A stretch of DNA of 64,000 bases from a virus. The notes under the pieces were generated by a model, which had not been told where the DNA came from, ran no database searches, and was given only the letters and a program-made list of their open reading frames with translations. Position numbers and translations under genes: made by a program. Shown in pieces: positions 30,368 to 40,129 of the stretch; position 1 is the stretch's first letter, and every line of letters starts with the position of its first letter. Where the stretch lies: the IMG/VR virus record IMGVR_UViG_3300033146_003955, positions 32,001 through 96,000 of that record; one strand, written 5' to 3'.

Positions 30368-31438
30368 ATGAGAAAATTAACAACTAAAGAATTTATACAA
30401 AAAGCTAAATTAAAACATGGTAATAAATATGATTATTCTTTAGTTGATTACATAAATAATAAAATTAAAATAAAAATAATATGCCCTAAACATGGTATAT
30501 TTGAACAAACACCGAACAATCATTTAAATGGTACATTATGTTACAAATGTGTAAATATAGTAAAAACAACTAAAGAATTTATACAAAAAGCTAAGTTGAA
30601 ACATGATAATAAGTATGATTATTCTTTAGTAAAATATAAAGATTCAAAAACCAAAGTTAAAATAATATGTCTAGAACATGGTACATTTGAACAAACACCA
30701 AACAATCATTTAAATGGTAAAAATTGTTTAATTTGTGCTGGCCATGAAAAATTAACAACTAAAGAATTTATACAAAAAGCTAAGTTGAAACATGGTAATA
30801 AATATGATTATTCTTTAGTTGATTATATCAATAGTCAAACTAAAGTTGAAATAATATGTTTAGAACATGGTATATTTAAACAATTGCCTAATAGCCATTT
30901 AAATGGCATAGGATGTCCTACCTGCGGTGGTACTAAAAAATTAACAACTAAAGAATTTATACAAAAAGCTAAATTAAAACATGATAATAAGTATGATTAT
31001 TCTTTAGTTGATTATATCAATAGTCAAACCAAAGTTAAAATAATATGTTTAGAGCATGGTATATTTGAACAAACACCAAATAGCCATTTAAATGGCGTAG
31101 GTTGTCCTATCTGTAAATCATCCAAAGGTGAGCAACAAATAATAAATTATCTAAAAAGAAATAATATAAAATATATAAAAGAATATAAATTTAATAATTG
31201 TAAAAACATGAGACCATTACCATTTGATTTTTATCTCCCTGATAAAAATATATTAATAGAATATGATGGAATACAACATTTTAAACCTTTTACTTTTTTT
31301 GGAGGTGTTAATGGTTTAAATTATAGAATACGTAATGATAATATAAAGACTGAATATTGTAAAAATTATAATATAAAATTAATAAGAATAAAATATAACG
31401 ATGTTGTGAATAAAAAATTAAAAATTGATATTTTTTAG
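30368..31438 (+). CDS. DUF723-type Zn-repeat endonuclease (4 repeats)
   Basis: Same repeat and nuclease motifs as 24377. Confidence 0.8.
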   Translation: MRKLTTKEFIQKAKLKHGNKYDYSLVDYINNKIKIKIICPKHGIFEQTPNNHLNGTLCYKCVNIVKTTKEFIQKAKLKHDNKYDYSLVKYKDSKTKVKIICLEHGTFEQTPNNHLNGKNCLICAGHEKLTTKEFIQKAKLKHGNKYDYSLVDYINSQTKVEIICLEHGIFKQLPNSHLNGIGCPTCGGTKKLTTKEFIQKAKLKHDNKYDYSLVDYINSQTKVKIICLEHGIFEQTPNSHLNGVGCPICKSSKGEQQIINYLKRNNIKYIKEYKFNNCKNMRPLPFDFYLPDKNILIEYDGIQHFKPFTFFGGVNGLNYRIRNDNIKTEYCKNYNIKLIRIKYNDVVNKKLKIDIF

Positions 31439-31491
31439 CAAAAGTGTAAAGATATAATAAGTAAATAAACTATATCTTACGGAGGATTATT

Positions 31492-31932
31492 ATGGATTTT
31501 GGAAATTTCCTAAACGAATTGAATGAAGACAATAAACTTGTACGAAGAGTATCAAGTAAACAACTTAGAGAAGCAAACGGTGAATCTGCTTCAGCACTCA
31601 AAGAAGATGCTAAATGGTATTATGTACCTACAAAAGAATACGGTGGATTTCGACATATTGTTGTTGAGCATGGAAATGGATGGGGCGTATATTATTTAGA
31701 TCAAATTGCTGGTGCTGGTCAAGATGCTGCTGATGTATCTGGTTGGGGAGATGAATACGAAATGAGCAGAAACGAAGAAAAAGATTTAAACAATCTTAGA
31801 AACTTCCTTCTTAATGAAGCACAAGGTGAAGATAACGGAGTTGACCTTACTGGTTTCATCGTAAGAAGAAAAGTTGAAGGTGACTTTGCAACAGTTCTTA
31901 AAGAATGTGTAGAAATCGTTAAAAAAGGTTAA
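31492..31932 (+). CDS. Putative head-internal protein with LxE leader
   Basis: MDFGNFLNELNED...LRE..LKE. Confidence 0.5.
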   Translation: MDFGNFLNELNEDNKLVRRVSSKQLREANGESASALKEDAKWYYVPTKEYGGFRHIVVEHGNGWGVYYLDQIAGAGQDAADVSGWGDEYEMSRNEEKDLNNLRNFLLNEAQGEDNGVDLTGFIVRRKVEGDFATVLKECVEIVKKG

Positions 31933-31954
31933 TTCAAGAAAGGAGTATTTTATT

Positions 31955-34567
31955 ATGGATCTTAATGAAGAATTGAGAAGAAATCATAAAAAAATGCACT
32001 TAACTGAACAACAATTAGACGAACGAATTATTAAAGATTTTTTTAGAGGAGCTACTGCGAAATTCACAGGGCTCCTTAAATCTATATCGGGTGTTTTGAC
32101 AAAAAGCATTGCTTCTATAGTTGGTCCAGTAAAACGCATTTTTACAAAAAGAATAGGAAAAACAGAATATTTTGTTTATGAACAAAAAGGACCTAAAGGT
32201 CGTATGTATGGTTTCCTATATCCTGATGCTGTTAAAAAAGCAGTAACTGGTACTAAAGGTGGAGCTAATCAAACTACATTAGCAAAAGCTTATTTTAAAG
32301 GTCAAAACCCAAGAAAACCAGAACAAATAGTTGTAGCTTTCGATAAAAGATTTAAAGGTAATGTAACCAAATCAAATACAAATGTTAAAGCTGCTCCTGT
32401 GAAACAAGATTTTGCAGATATACCTGAAAGTTTCTTAGGCAAAATGTCTGGTGAAATATTAAATGAGGCACCTTTATCAAAAAGTTTCCTGCATAGACAA
32501 AGTTCTGAGTATGATAGAGATCGTGCTGAAACAATGGCTATGAAAGGGACTTTCCAATCTGTTGATGTACCTGTGCCTAATGACATAGATATGGCAGATA
32601 ATGTTGAATTGCAAGAGTATTTGAATACTGCAAAAGTTGGACCGGAAGCCGTCGGGGATATTTTAAGTGAATTCCTCACTGCTCTCGCCTTCCGTGCTGA
32701 TAAGGATTCAGATGCCATCCCTTCTCTTCTTATTATGGGTTTCCCTGGTGGTGGTAAAACTGCTATCATTAAAGCCTTTGCTAAGAAGAGATTTAAAATT
32801 CATATCCTTGAAATTGCATCAATCTACAAAGAAATTCTAGGTGGTTTCCCAACTATCGAAGATGGTGGTGGTGCTCAAGCTCTTGAGGATAGAATAAAGA
32901 AATTAAAAGCAGATCCTGATAGAACAATTGCGTCTTGGGACATTGACGGTGATGATTCAGGTTCTAAAGTAAGAATGAAAGCTGCTGATATATTCCCTGA
33001 AGAAGACGGTCAAATACATGTATTCTTTTTAGATGAATATAATAGAGATGCAGAAAAAATGGCTGCATCAATGAACCTTATGTTATCTGGTTCTATTGGT
33101 AATCAATACCAACTTCCTCTTAAAACTATTGTAGTTGCAGCAGGTAATTTAGGTATAGATATTGATAAAGTAGACGTTCAAAGATTGGATAACGCTACTT
33201 TCGACAGGTTCAATGCGTCGATCATGTTAAAGAAAGATATGATTGCTGGTGCTGAATATGCTGGTGCTCAAACTGATTATAGTAGTAAAGGTATATCAAG
33301 AAGTATTGAGAAGAATATTGAAGATACGGCTTTCGTCCCTATTGAAAAACAAGCTGAGTATAATATAAAGATGGGTGGTGCTATATCGTCTATGGATATA
33401 TTTATTGGTCAAATGACACAAAAATATGGTGCTGAGTTAAACGGTGCTGGTTGGCAAGACGAATTAGGTCTTAATCCACTTGAATCAGAGTATGTAGGTG
33501 ATGAAGATGAACGTGATCCTGATGATCAATATCTTCTTACTGGACGTAAATTAGAAACTATAAATAGACGTGTTAAAAATAGAGTTGTAAGAGATTGGAT
33601 TGAAGCTAAAGAAGGAATGTCTGAACTAGCAGATCCAAAAGAAATAACTGGTGCATGGAATAAGGGTAGTGAAAAATATAAAAATTTTACTAAGCCTGAA
33701 GACTGGGAGAAAGCTTGGAAAGATAAAAAACAAACTTATATTTCTCGTGGCATTCCGTCTCCAGCAGCATTATATATGCATATTATGCAATGGCATTTTA
33801 CGTACCTTCCAACTGTACTTAAACAAACATTAGGTGGTAATCCTGGTGAATTGATTTCAAAAATTAGATCTGCTGCTGAAGTGGCGATTCAAGAAGCAAA
33901 CCAAGTTACACCTTATGATATTATATTTGGTTATGCTGCTAAACGTATTTTATACGGACATACTATGAAGATCGGTAAAAAACAGCAACAGATTGAAGCT
34001 GAAGAATTTATGTCTCGAGTCAAAATGATGCCAACTCTTGGTGATACTGTTATGCGTTCTCTAGCTGATGCTATCAACGAAAATAGCACAGAGGCTAAAA
34101 TTTCTAAAATGATTAAAAAAGTAACTGGTCACACATGGGCTGAGGTTAAGGCTGATTTAGCTGATAGTTCTAAACATGCAAAAGCTGGTGGTAAACCGAT
34201 AACAATTCCAGATGCTAAAAATTTTGTTGCATATAATTTGCATCTCTTTATTTCAAATATAGATTTAAGTTTAGACAGAATTGCTATTCTTGTTACAAGA
34301 ATGAGAGACTTCGGTTTCACTATTGAAGAAAATGGCGGAAAGAATAAGGTTGTTTCTGGCAAGAGTGATGAAAAAATAAATAAAGAAGCAAAAAATACAA
34401 TTGGTTATATATACGGTGCTCTTGTACAGAAAAATAAAAACTTTCAAGAATCTCGTATTATTTCAGCTAATGCCAATTTTGATGAATTGGATAAACTTGA
34501 TAATGAGAAGAATGAAAATATAATTGATGATGGAATGAACGCGCTATTCGAAAAATTAAAGGGATAA
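31955..34567 (+). CDS. MoxR-like AAA+ ATPase with long N- and C-terminal extensions
   Basis: Walker A GFPGGGKT, Walker B FFLDEYNR, AAGNLG, ATFDRF. Confidence 0.8.
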   Translation: MDLNEELRRNHKKMHLTEQQLDERIIKDFFRGATAKFTGLLKSISGVLTKSIASIVGPVKRIFTKRIGKTEYFVYEQKGPKGRMYGFLYPDAVKKAVTGTKGGANQTTLAKAYFKGQNPRKPEQIVVAFDKRFKGNVTKSNTNVKAAPVKQDFADIPESFLGKMSGEILNEAPLSKSFLHRQSSEYDRDRAETMAMKGTFQSVDVPVPNDIDMADNVELQEYLNTAKVGPEAVGDILSEFLTALAFRADKDSDAIPSLLIMGFPGGGKTAIIKAFAKKRFKIHILEIASIYKEILGGFPTIEDGGGAQALEDRIKKLKADPDRTIASWDIDGDDSGSKVRMKAADIFPEEDGQIHVFFLDEYNRDAEKMAASMNLMLSGSIGNQYQLPLKTIVVAAGNLGIDIDKVDVQRLDNATFDRFNASIMLKKDMIAGAEYAGAQTDYSSKGISRSIEKNIEDTAFVPIEKQAEYNIKMGGAISSMDIFIGQMTQKYGAELNGAGWQDELGLNPLESEYVGDEDERDPDDQYLLTGRKLETINRRVKNRVVRDWIEAKEGMSELADPKEITGAWNKGSEKYKNFTKPEDWEKAWKDKKQTYISRGIPSPAALYMHIMQWHFTYLPTVLKQTLGGNPGELISKIRSAAEVAIQEANQVTPYDIIFGYAAKRILYGHTMKIGKKQQQIEAEEFMSRVKMMPTLGDTVMRSLADAINENSTEAKISKMIKKVTGHTWAEVKADLADSSKHAKAGGKPITIPDAKNFVAYNLHLFISNIDLSLDRIAILVTRMRDFGFTIEENGGKNKVVSGKSDEKINKEAKNTIGYIYGALVQKNKNFQESRIISANANFDELDKLDNEKNENIIDDGMNALFEKLKG

Positions 34568-34571
34568 ATAA

Positions 34572-35396
34572 ATGAATATATTGAATGAAATGCAAATTGA
34601 GTTTAATGATATTCAAGAAAATATTCTAAATGAAAGTTATTCTAGATATCCTCCTAAAAAGGTATCTAGAATTCTTTCAGCTATATTAAAAGTGGATGCT
34701 TTCTTATATTCTTTATACTCTCAACATACATTCTGGGATGATTCCCTACAAAAACCTACAGCTGGTGTAGCTCCACACCCAAATAATACTCATATAGTAT
34801 TTCACTATAATGCAGCTTGGTTTAATTCTTTAACTTCAGCCCAATTAATGTTTCTTCTTCTTCATGAGATTGGACATATTTTGAGAGAACATCATGCTCG
34901 TTCTAAATATCAAGGCGAAACAAACGGTAAAATGTATCATAAGATTGCAAACATTGCAATGGATACTTGGATTAATCAAGATATTCTTGATGGTAAAATG
35001 GGTCAATTTACTGTAAAAGCCCCTATGACAGGATTTTCTTTTAAAGATTATGGCGAAGAATGTTCCTCCGTAGAGGAATGGGTTAATGAATCTGTAGAAA
35101 AAGCAACAGGTACTAATCACAATTATAAATATGATGGGCCTCATTCTACAGAACCTTTATACGATTGGATCGTTAAGATATTTGACAAACATGGTTTGTT
35201 AACACCTCCACCTCCTCCAGAAGGTGCACCACCTAAAATTGGCGATATTGTTAGAGGACCTGGGAAGGTATTTGGTAAAATCGTAGCTATAGATGAGAAG
35301 ACTAAGAAGGTCACGAAAATTACACCAATGACTAAAGCAGAAGCATATCAAGAAGTAAGAATACGAGATGGTGTTATGAAACCTCCTAAAAAATAA
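34572..35396 (+). CDS. DUF2201-N-like HEXXH metallopeptidase domain protein
   Basis: PTAGV, LLHEIGHILREH, NIAMDTWIN, STEPLY. Confidence 0.75.
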   Translation: MNILNEMQIEFNDIQENILNESYSRYPPKKVSRILSAILKVDAFLYSLYSQHTFWDDSLQKPTAGVAPHPNNTHIVFHYNAAWFNSLTSAQLMFLLLHEIGHILREHHARSKYQGETNGKMYHKIANIAMDTWINQDILDGKMGQFTVKAPMTGFSFKDYGEECSSVEEWVNESVEKATGTNHNYKYDGPHSTEPLYDWIVKIFDKHGLLTPPPPPEGAPPKIGDIVRGPGKVFGKIVAIDEKTKKVTKITPMTKAEAYQEVRIRDGVMKPPKK

Positions 35397-35399
35397 GGA

Positions 35400-35906
35400 A
35401 TGATTATGGATTTAAACAAATTTTGTGAAAATTTAATTGAAGAAAATGATAATATATTTGAAGAAATAAACGATGGAACTGTTGATTGGGATTTTGATGA
35501 TGTTACAATCCTTAAAAGTTCTGGCGGTAAAAAAGGCGATCCACCGCCTCCACCACCAGATGGTGAAGATCCACCTCCTCCTCCTCCACCTCCACCAGGT
35601 AACGAAGAGGATATAGATCCTCCAGATCCAGAAGATGGCGAAGATGGCGAAGATGGAGAACCTGGTGAAAGCAAAGAAACAGACACAGATGAAATTACTA
35701 TTGGCAAGATAGTTCAAGATATGAAGACTGGAAAATATGGTAGAGTTACTGGTATTTATGGTGATAAAGTAGAAATGGAACCAGTATCAGATGCTGATTT
35801 AAAAAGCGATGGATACAAAACATTCGTAAAACGTAATAGCATAATTAGTAATGACGATTTTAATGATGCAGTAAATTGGGGGCCAGGCAGTGAGCAGTAT
35901 ACTTAA
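35400..35906 (+). CDS. Pro/Asp-rich linker protein with SH3/KOW-like C-terminus
   Basis: Poly-Pro tracts; IGKIVQD..TGKYGRVTGI. Confidence 0.6.
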   Translation: MIMDLNKFCENLIEENDNIFEEINDGTVDWDFDDVTILKSSGGKKGDPPPPPPDGEDPPPPPPPPPGNEEDIDPPDPEDGEDGEDGEPGESKETDTDEITIGKIVQDMKTGKYGRVTGIYGDKVEMEPVSDADLKSDGYKTFVKRNSIISNDDFNDAVNWGPGSEQYT

Positions 35907-37491
35907 AAAATTATTTGAAGAAGTAGACGATATTCAACTTGTAACAGAGATGACTGCTAATATTGGTGATATTCGTACTGTTACTAAAATTAAGTCCAAT
36001 AAAGACAAAGACAAAGACAAAGACAAAGATGACGATAAAGGTGACAGCCAAAATGGTGATGGTCAACCTGGAGATGGTCAACCTGGTGATGGTCAACCTG
36101 GTGATGGTCAGCCTGGTGATGGTCAACCTGGAGATGGTCAACCTGGAGATGGTCAGCCTGGTGATGGTCAACCTGGAGATGGTCAGCCTGGTGATGGTCA
36201 ACCTGGTGATGGTCAGCCTGGTGATGGTCAACCTGGTGATGGTCAGCCTGGAGAAGGGCAACCTGGTGGCGGAAAAACAACGACTGATATAGGTGATGAT
36301 GATCCTAATGGCCCAAAAATAATGGATGACCACGAAGGTATGGATAAAGGTAAAGGCGTTGGTTCATTCAAAAAGATATTTGATAAAGTATATAAAACAG
36401 CAAAAGAAGTCGAAAAGCAAGCTGGTAAATCAGGCGGATATGGAGATAATTCAGGTAGTTTAATGCGTCAAGTTGAAGGTTTCCTTGAACCACATTTTGA
36501 TGTTGATGGCATAATGAAGAAATTGAATAAATTTAAGCGTCTCTCTGCTGAAGAATATTCAACAGTAAGAGCTGAAACTTTCCAAGCTTCAGCGTTCAAC
36601 CCAGTAAATCAACACTCCCCTGGTTCTAAGTCAAGAATGAATCAGCCTGGTATGGCTAAAATCGGTAAAGATGTAAAACCCTTTAAAAGGTCTGCAATTC
36701 TCTTTTTCTCTATAGATACTTCTGGTTCTATTGGACCACAAGATTTTGCAGTTATTAAGGGTTATTTAAGAGAGATTGTAAATAGATTTGCTAAAACAAT
36801 CCCTGTTAAAAATAATAAAGGTAGAGTTGTTGGTCATATGGGTGGAGAAGTTTATCTCTTAGAGTGGGATACTGAACTTAAAACTCCTATAAGAAAATGG
36901 ACTAAGGTTGGTAAAAATGGAACTGTTGCCGCTATCACTAATCCAAATTTAAAGAAGGGTAAGTATGACGCTGCTGGTGGAAGAGACGCATATAAAGAAG
37001 AATTCAAAGTAAGAGGTGGCGGTGGTACTAATATTAATAGATTTTTTAGTGATATTGACGTTGCTTTCCATAGAGTTGAAAACGGGAAAGAATATTTTGA
37101 CTTAGATGATTCTGCTGATTACATTGCAACTGATGCAGATAAATTTGAATCTCAAGAGGATTTAAAAACAGAATTTAAAAAAGACCATCTTAAGGCTGAA
37201 TTGAAGAATAATAATAAGAAATGGAAAAATCCTAAAAAACAAAAAGAATTAGATTTAAACGATGGTATATTAAATTTTACCGAGAATCATGTTTCTGGTG
37301 ATCCAACTCCATTTTTAATAGTTTATACTGATGGTTGTTTTAGTCCAGCTAAATATCAAAATTCTGAACTTTTTAAGAATAATCCTGGTAATATATTATA
37401 CATTCTTACGATGCCTGATATGGTGGATAATATATCGCCCAAAAATGTTGTTTTTCATGACTTACAAAAAGAACACGCAAGACCGAGATAA
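35890..37491 (+). CDS. vWA-domain protein with GDGQP repeat linker
   Basis: MIDAS motif IDTSGSI, GGGGT, YTDG. Confidence 0.8.
   Translation: MSSILKKLFEEVDDIQLVTEMTANIGDIRTVTKIKSNKDKDKDKDKDDDKGDSQNGDGQPGDGQPGDGQPGDGQPGDGQPGDGQPGDGQPGDGQPGDGQPGDGQPGDGQPGDGQPGDGQPGEGQPGGGKTTTDIGDDDPNGPKIMDDHEGMDKGKGVGSFKKIFDKVYKTAKEVEKQAGKSGGYGDNSGSLMRQVEGFLEPHFDVDGIMKKLNKFKRLSAEEYSTVRAETFQASAFNPVNQHSPGSKSRMNQPGMAKIGKDVKPFKRSAILFFSIDTSGSIGPQDFAVIKGYLREIVNRFAKTIPVKNNKGRVVGHMGGEVYLLEWDTELKTPIRKWTKVGKNGTVAAITNPNLKKGKYDAAGGRDAYKEEFKVRGGGGTNINRFFSDIDVAFHRVENGKEYFDLDDSADYIATDADKFESQEDLKTEFKKDHLKAELKNNNKKWKNPKKQKELDLNDGILNFTENHVSGDPTPFLIVYTDGCFSPAKYQNSELFKNNPGNILYILTMPDMVDNISPKNVVFHDLQKEHARPR
36055..36264 (+). repeat. 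15-bp coding tandem repeat x14 (GDGQP)
   Basis: GGWGATGGTCARCCT units with synonymous variation; the last unit encodes GEGQP. Confidence 0.95.
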
Positions 37492-37492
37492 T

Positions 37493-37522
37493 AAAAAAAG
37501 AGGTTGAAAAACCTCTTTTTTT
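37493..37522 (+). terminator. Rho-independent terminator
   Basis: AAAAAAGAGGTT-GAAA-AACCTCTTTTTT. Confidence 0.85.
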
Positions 37523-37538
37523 ATGCATATTTTATTAT

Positions 37539-37856
37539 ATGAATATTATAGATAAAAACACATTATGGACTAAATATTTCCTAACTGAAGACAGGCATAA
37601 CTTAACAAGTCTTAGACAATTTGTAATACATGAAGTTGATGTTATGGACCTCACAAAAAAAGTATCAGTAGATAAAAAAAAGAAGTTTCTACGCTATATG
37701 TTGAAATCACTTTCAAAACGTGATATAGTTAAAACATATACAGAGGATGTAATATTATCCCCTTTTAGAAAAACATTTTTACAATATTCAAAACATGATA
37801 TAATAGATAAAATTATAAAATCAACAACAATATGGGATGAAAAATGGCATATATAA
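37539..37856 (+). CDS. Hypothetical protein (likely leaderless)
   Basis: ATG lies 14 nt after GCATATTT. Confidence 0.55.
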   Translation: MNIIDKNTLWTKYFLTEDRHNLTSLRQFVIHEVDVMDLTKKVSVDKKKKFLRYMLKSLSKRDIVKTYTEDVILSPFRKTFLQYSKHDIIDKIIKSTTIWDEKWHI

Positions 37857-38227
37857 AAAAAGCTGATCAACTTAAAATACTCGTTGTTGAAGATATGTCT
37901 TCAAGAATTCAATTTTTTAGAAATAGGTTTAAAGGGCATGATCTCTATTTCTTTGATAACGCTACTGATTCCATTGATGCTCTTAAGCTTATGACTGATA
38001 AACCTTGGGATATTGTCTTCCTAGATCATGATTTGGGTGGAAAAGTATTTGTTCCCTCATCAGATCCAAATACAGGTTATGTTGTGGCTGAATATATTAG
38101 GGATAATAATATTAAAATTAATCAAATATTTATACATTCTATGAATCCTGCTGGAAGTCAGAATATTAAATCTGTTCTCCCTCAAGCTAAAATTATACCA
38201 TTTACTCTTTTAAAAACAAGTATATGA
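37844..38227 (+). CDS. Cyclic-phosphate-processing receiver-like domain protein
   Basis: ILVVED..R, FLDHDLG, TGYVVA, IHSMNPAG. Confidence 0.7.
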   Translation: MAYIKKADQLKILVVEDMSSRIQFFRNRFKGHDLYFFDNATDSIDALKLMTDKPWDIVFLDHDLGGKVFVPSSDPNTGYVVAEYIRDNNIKINQIFIHSMNPAGSQNIKSVLPQAKIIPFTLLKTSI

Positions 38228-38634
38228 ACGCTTTAACTGCTAAATTTAACCTTTTACATGGAACTTTTCAAGAATATATCGATAATGATGAATATTTTTC
38301 TTTTGAGGTATCTTCGACACAAGATAAAGTTTCAAATATGTATAATGATGAAGTATTTGAAGACTTTGAAGCATTTTATATAACTGAGGGTTTTACTAAA
38401 ATTAGTGAATTAATATATAAAGATCCTGATGACGGGACTGAGAAGGAATTTACATGGCAAACATGGGCTGACCTCTGGGATGAGTTGAGAGAAGAGTTTG
38501 TAGAAGAGTTAGTTGATACTTTCGTTGAATTTCTTGAAGATAAATTAGGTGAGGAATATAAACCCTTCATCACAAGTAATAATGATATAATACGTAAAAA
38601 GGCAGAAGAATTACCTTATGAGTGGGAACTTTGA
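38224..38634 (+). CDS. Acidic hypothetical protein
   Basis: Operonic ORF. Confidence 0.55.
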   Translation: MNALTAKFNLLHGTFQEYIDNDEYFSFEVSSTQDKVSNMYNDEVFEDFEAFYITEGFTKISELIYKDPDDGTEKEFTWQTWADLWDELREEFVEELVDTFVEFLEDKLGEEYKPFITSNNDIIRKKAEELPYEWEL

Positions 38635-39349
38635 CATACAGCTAAAAACTCTTCAATTTCATGCTACAAAGCAAGATGTCAATTTTTTAAATAACCCAGA
38701 TAATAAACGTGGTATAATCAAGCTAATCAAAAAAAATAAACTTAATCCCTCTGTGATAGAATATATTTGGAGTAATTCTAAATATAAGAATGAGATTATA
38801 AAAAAACAAACTCTCCCTACCGTTATAAGGGAAGATATAATACACAGTTGTCAAATGTCATATTCTACTTATAATTGGGCAACTATATTAAGAAATTTTA
38901 TTAAATTTCATTCTCCAACAGATGAAGAATATAAAAAATTTTTAACATCGTATAGATCAAATCTAATGATATTAGAATTATGGAATATCGTTCCTAGAAA
39001 ATGTTATGAATTAGGTGGTGAAGAAGCATTATATAAAATAATGCTTAATAATGAAGTAAGAACGCAATATGCTCTTAAAAGACTTCACTATTTAGTCGTT
39101 GAGATAATGAAATATGTGCCTGAAATGCATCTTCCACTCATTGAAACTATAATTAATGTAGACGACGATAGTTTTACTACAAAATTTTTAAGCCCTGTCT
39201 TCAAAGCAACTACAGTAAGCGATGAGGCAGTAAACTTCTTACTTAAAAATTTAAAAACAGATACTTTCAAAGAAATTGTTAAAAATGCTATGCGTCGAGG
39301 TAATATTAGCGATATTATGTTGGCTAAAATATATTTGGCTATAGATTAA
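38618..39349 (+). CDS. Helical hypothetical protein with C-terminal AKxxL
   Basis: Ends ...DIMLAKIYLAID. Confidence 0.55.
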   Translation: MSGNFDIQLKTLQFHATKQDVNFLNNPDNKRGIIKLIKKNKLNPSVIEYIWSNSKYKNEIIKKQTLPTVIREDIIHSCQMSYSTYNWATILRNFIKFHSPTDEEYKKFLTSYRSNLMILELWNIVPRKCYELGGEEALYKIMLNNEVRTQYALKRLHYLVVEIMKYVPEMHLPLIETIINVDDDSFTTKFLSPVFKATTVSDEAVNFLLKNLKTDTFKEIVKNAMRRGNISDIMLAKIYLAID

Positions 39350-39624
39350 TGTTGAGTCTCCTCCTCTTTAACATATTATATTCTTTTCTTATCCTAGTGG
39401 TATTAAGTTTATTTGTACATGTCTTCAGAAATAATTTACGTGCTCTGCTCAAAGATACAAAACTTATTGATATTATAGGCGAGAGTGATGATGAATCTTA
39501 TTCAAATAAGCATGGCTTTTTAGCATATTTATTTTTGTGTGGTACATATATAGCTTTTATGATTTATGCCATTGCAGGATTAGGATTTCTAATATATATG
39601 GGGTTGATATGGGGAAGAAAGTAA
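39349..39624 (+). CDS. Two-TM membrane protein
   Basis: Two hydrophobic segments. Confidence 0.55.
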   Translation: MLSLLLFNILYSFLILVVLSLFVHVFRNNLRALLKDTKLIDIIGESDDESYSNKHGFLAYLFLCGTYIAFMIYAIAGLGFLIYMGLIWGRK

Positions 39625-40085
39625 CAATTAGTTTTACACTTTTAGAATATATAATAATTATATGGCTTATAAGTCTTTTACTTTTACCTGAGATATTTAT
39701 GGTTAATCACCTCTTAATTTTAATAATGGGAATTGTTATTGGTATATATAACATTGGATTAACTATTATTTTACCATTCATGATAATAGCTTTAGGGGCT
39801 GCGTATATATTTGTCTATACAAACAAAATTAAGCATAAATTTAATGATACTATCAAAACTGTTAGAAGTTCTACAGATATAAAACATACATTCTATAAAC
39901 AAGCTGTTGATATTATATTACGTTTTGTCATCATATACCTTGCATGGCGTTTCAATTATAAATATCTATCTATAATTTCAATTATTAGTCTTATTATAAC
40001 ATTGGGTTTTAAGGCTATAAACACTGATTTCAAGGTTAAAATTGCTAAGCTTACTCTTTTGGACAACGCAGAAGATGTGGTATAA
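39609..40085 (+). CDS. Multi-pass membrane protein with C-terminal AKxxLL
   Basis: Several hydrophobic segments; ends KIAKLTLLDNAEDVV. Confidence 0.55.
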   Translation: MGKKVTISFTLLEYIIIIWLISLLLLPEIFMVNHLLILIMGIVIGIYNIGLTIILPFMIIALGAAYIFVYTNKIKHKFNDTIKTVRSSTDIKHTFYKQAVDIILRFVIIYLAWRFNYKYLSIISIISLIITLGFKAINTDFKVKIAKLTLLDNAEDVV

Positions 40086-40129
40086 TTACTTTAGTAATTG
40101 AAATAATAATATTAACAAGAGGTGAGCAA

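Noticed and set aside
35911-36333. Alternative-frame and antisense repeat ORFs (RLTIT, QVDHH, MVNLV; also SSSKVI at 55942..56406)
   Set aside because: Shadows of coding tandem repeats; synonymous variation supports the GDGQP frame and an SD supports the DDDITL frame.
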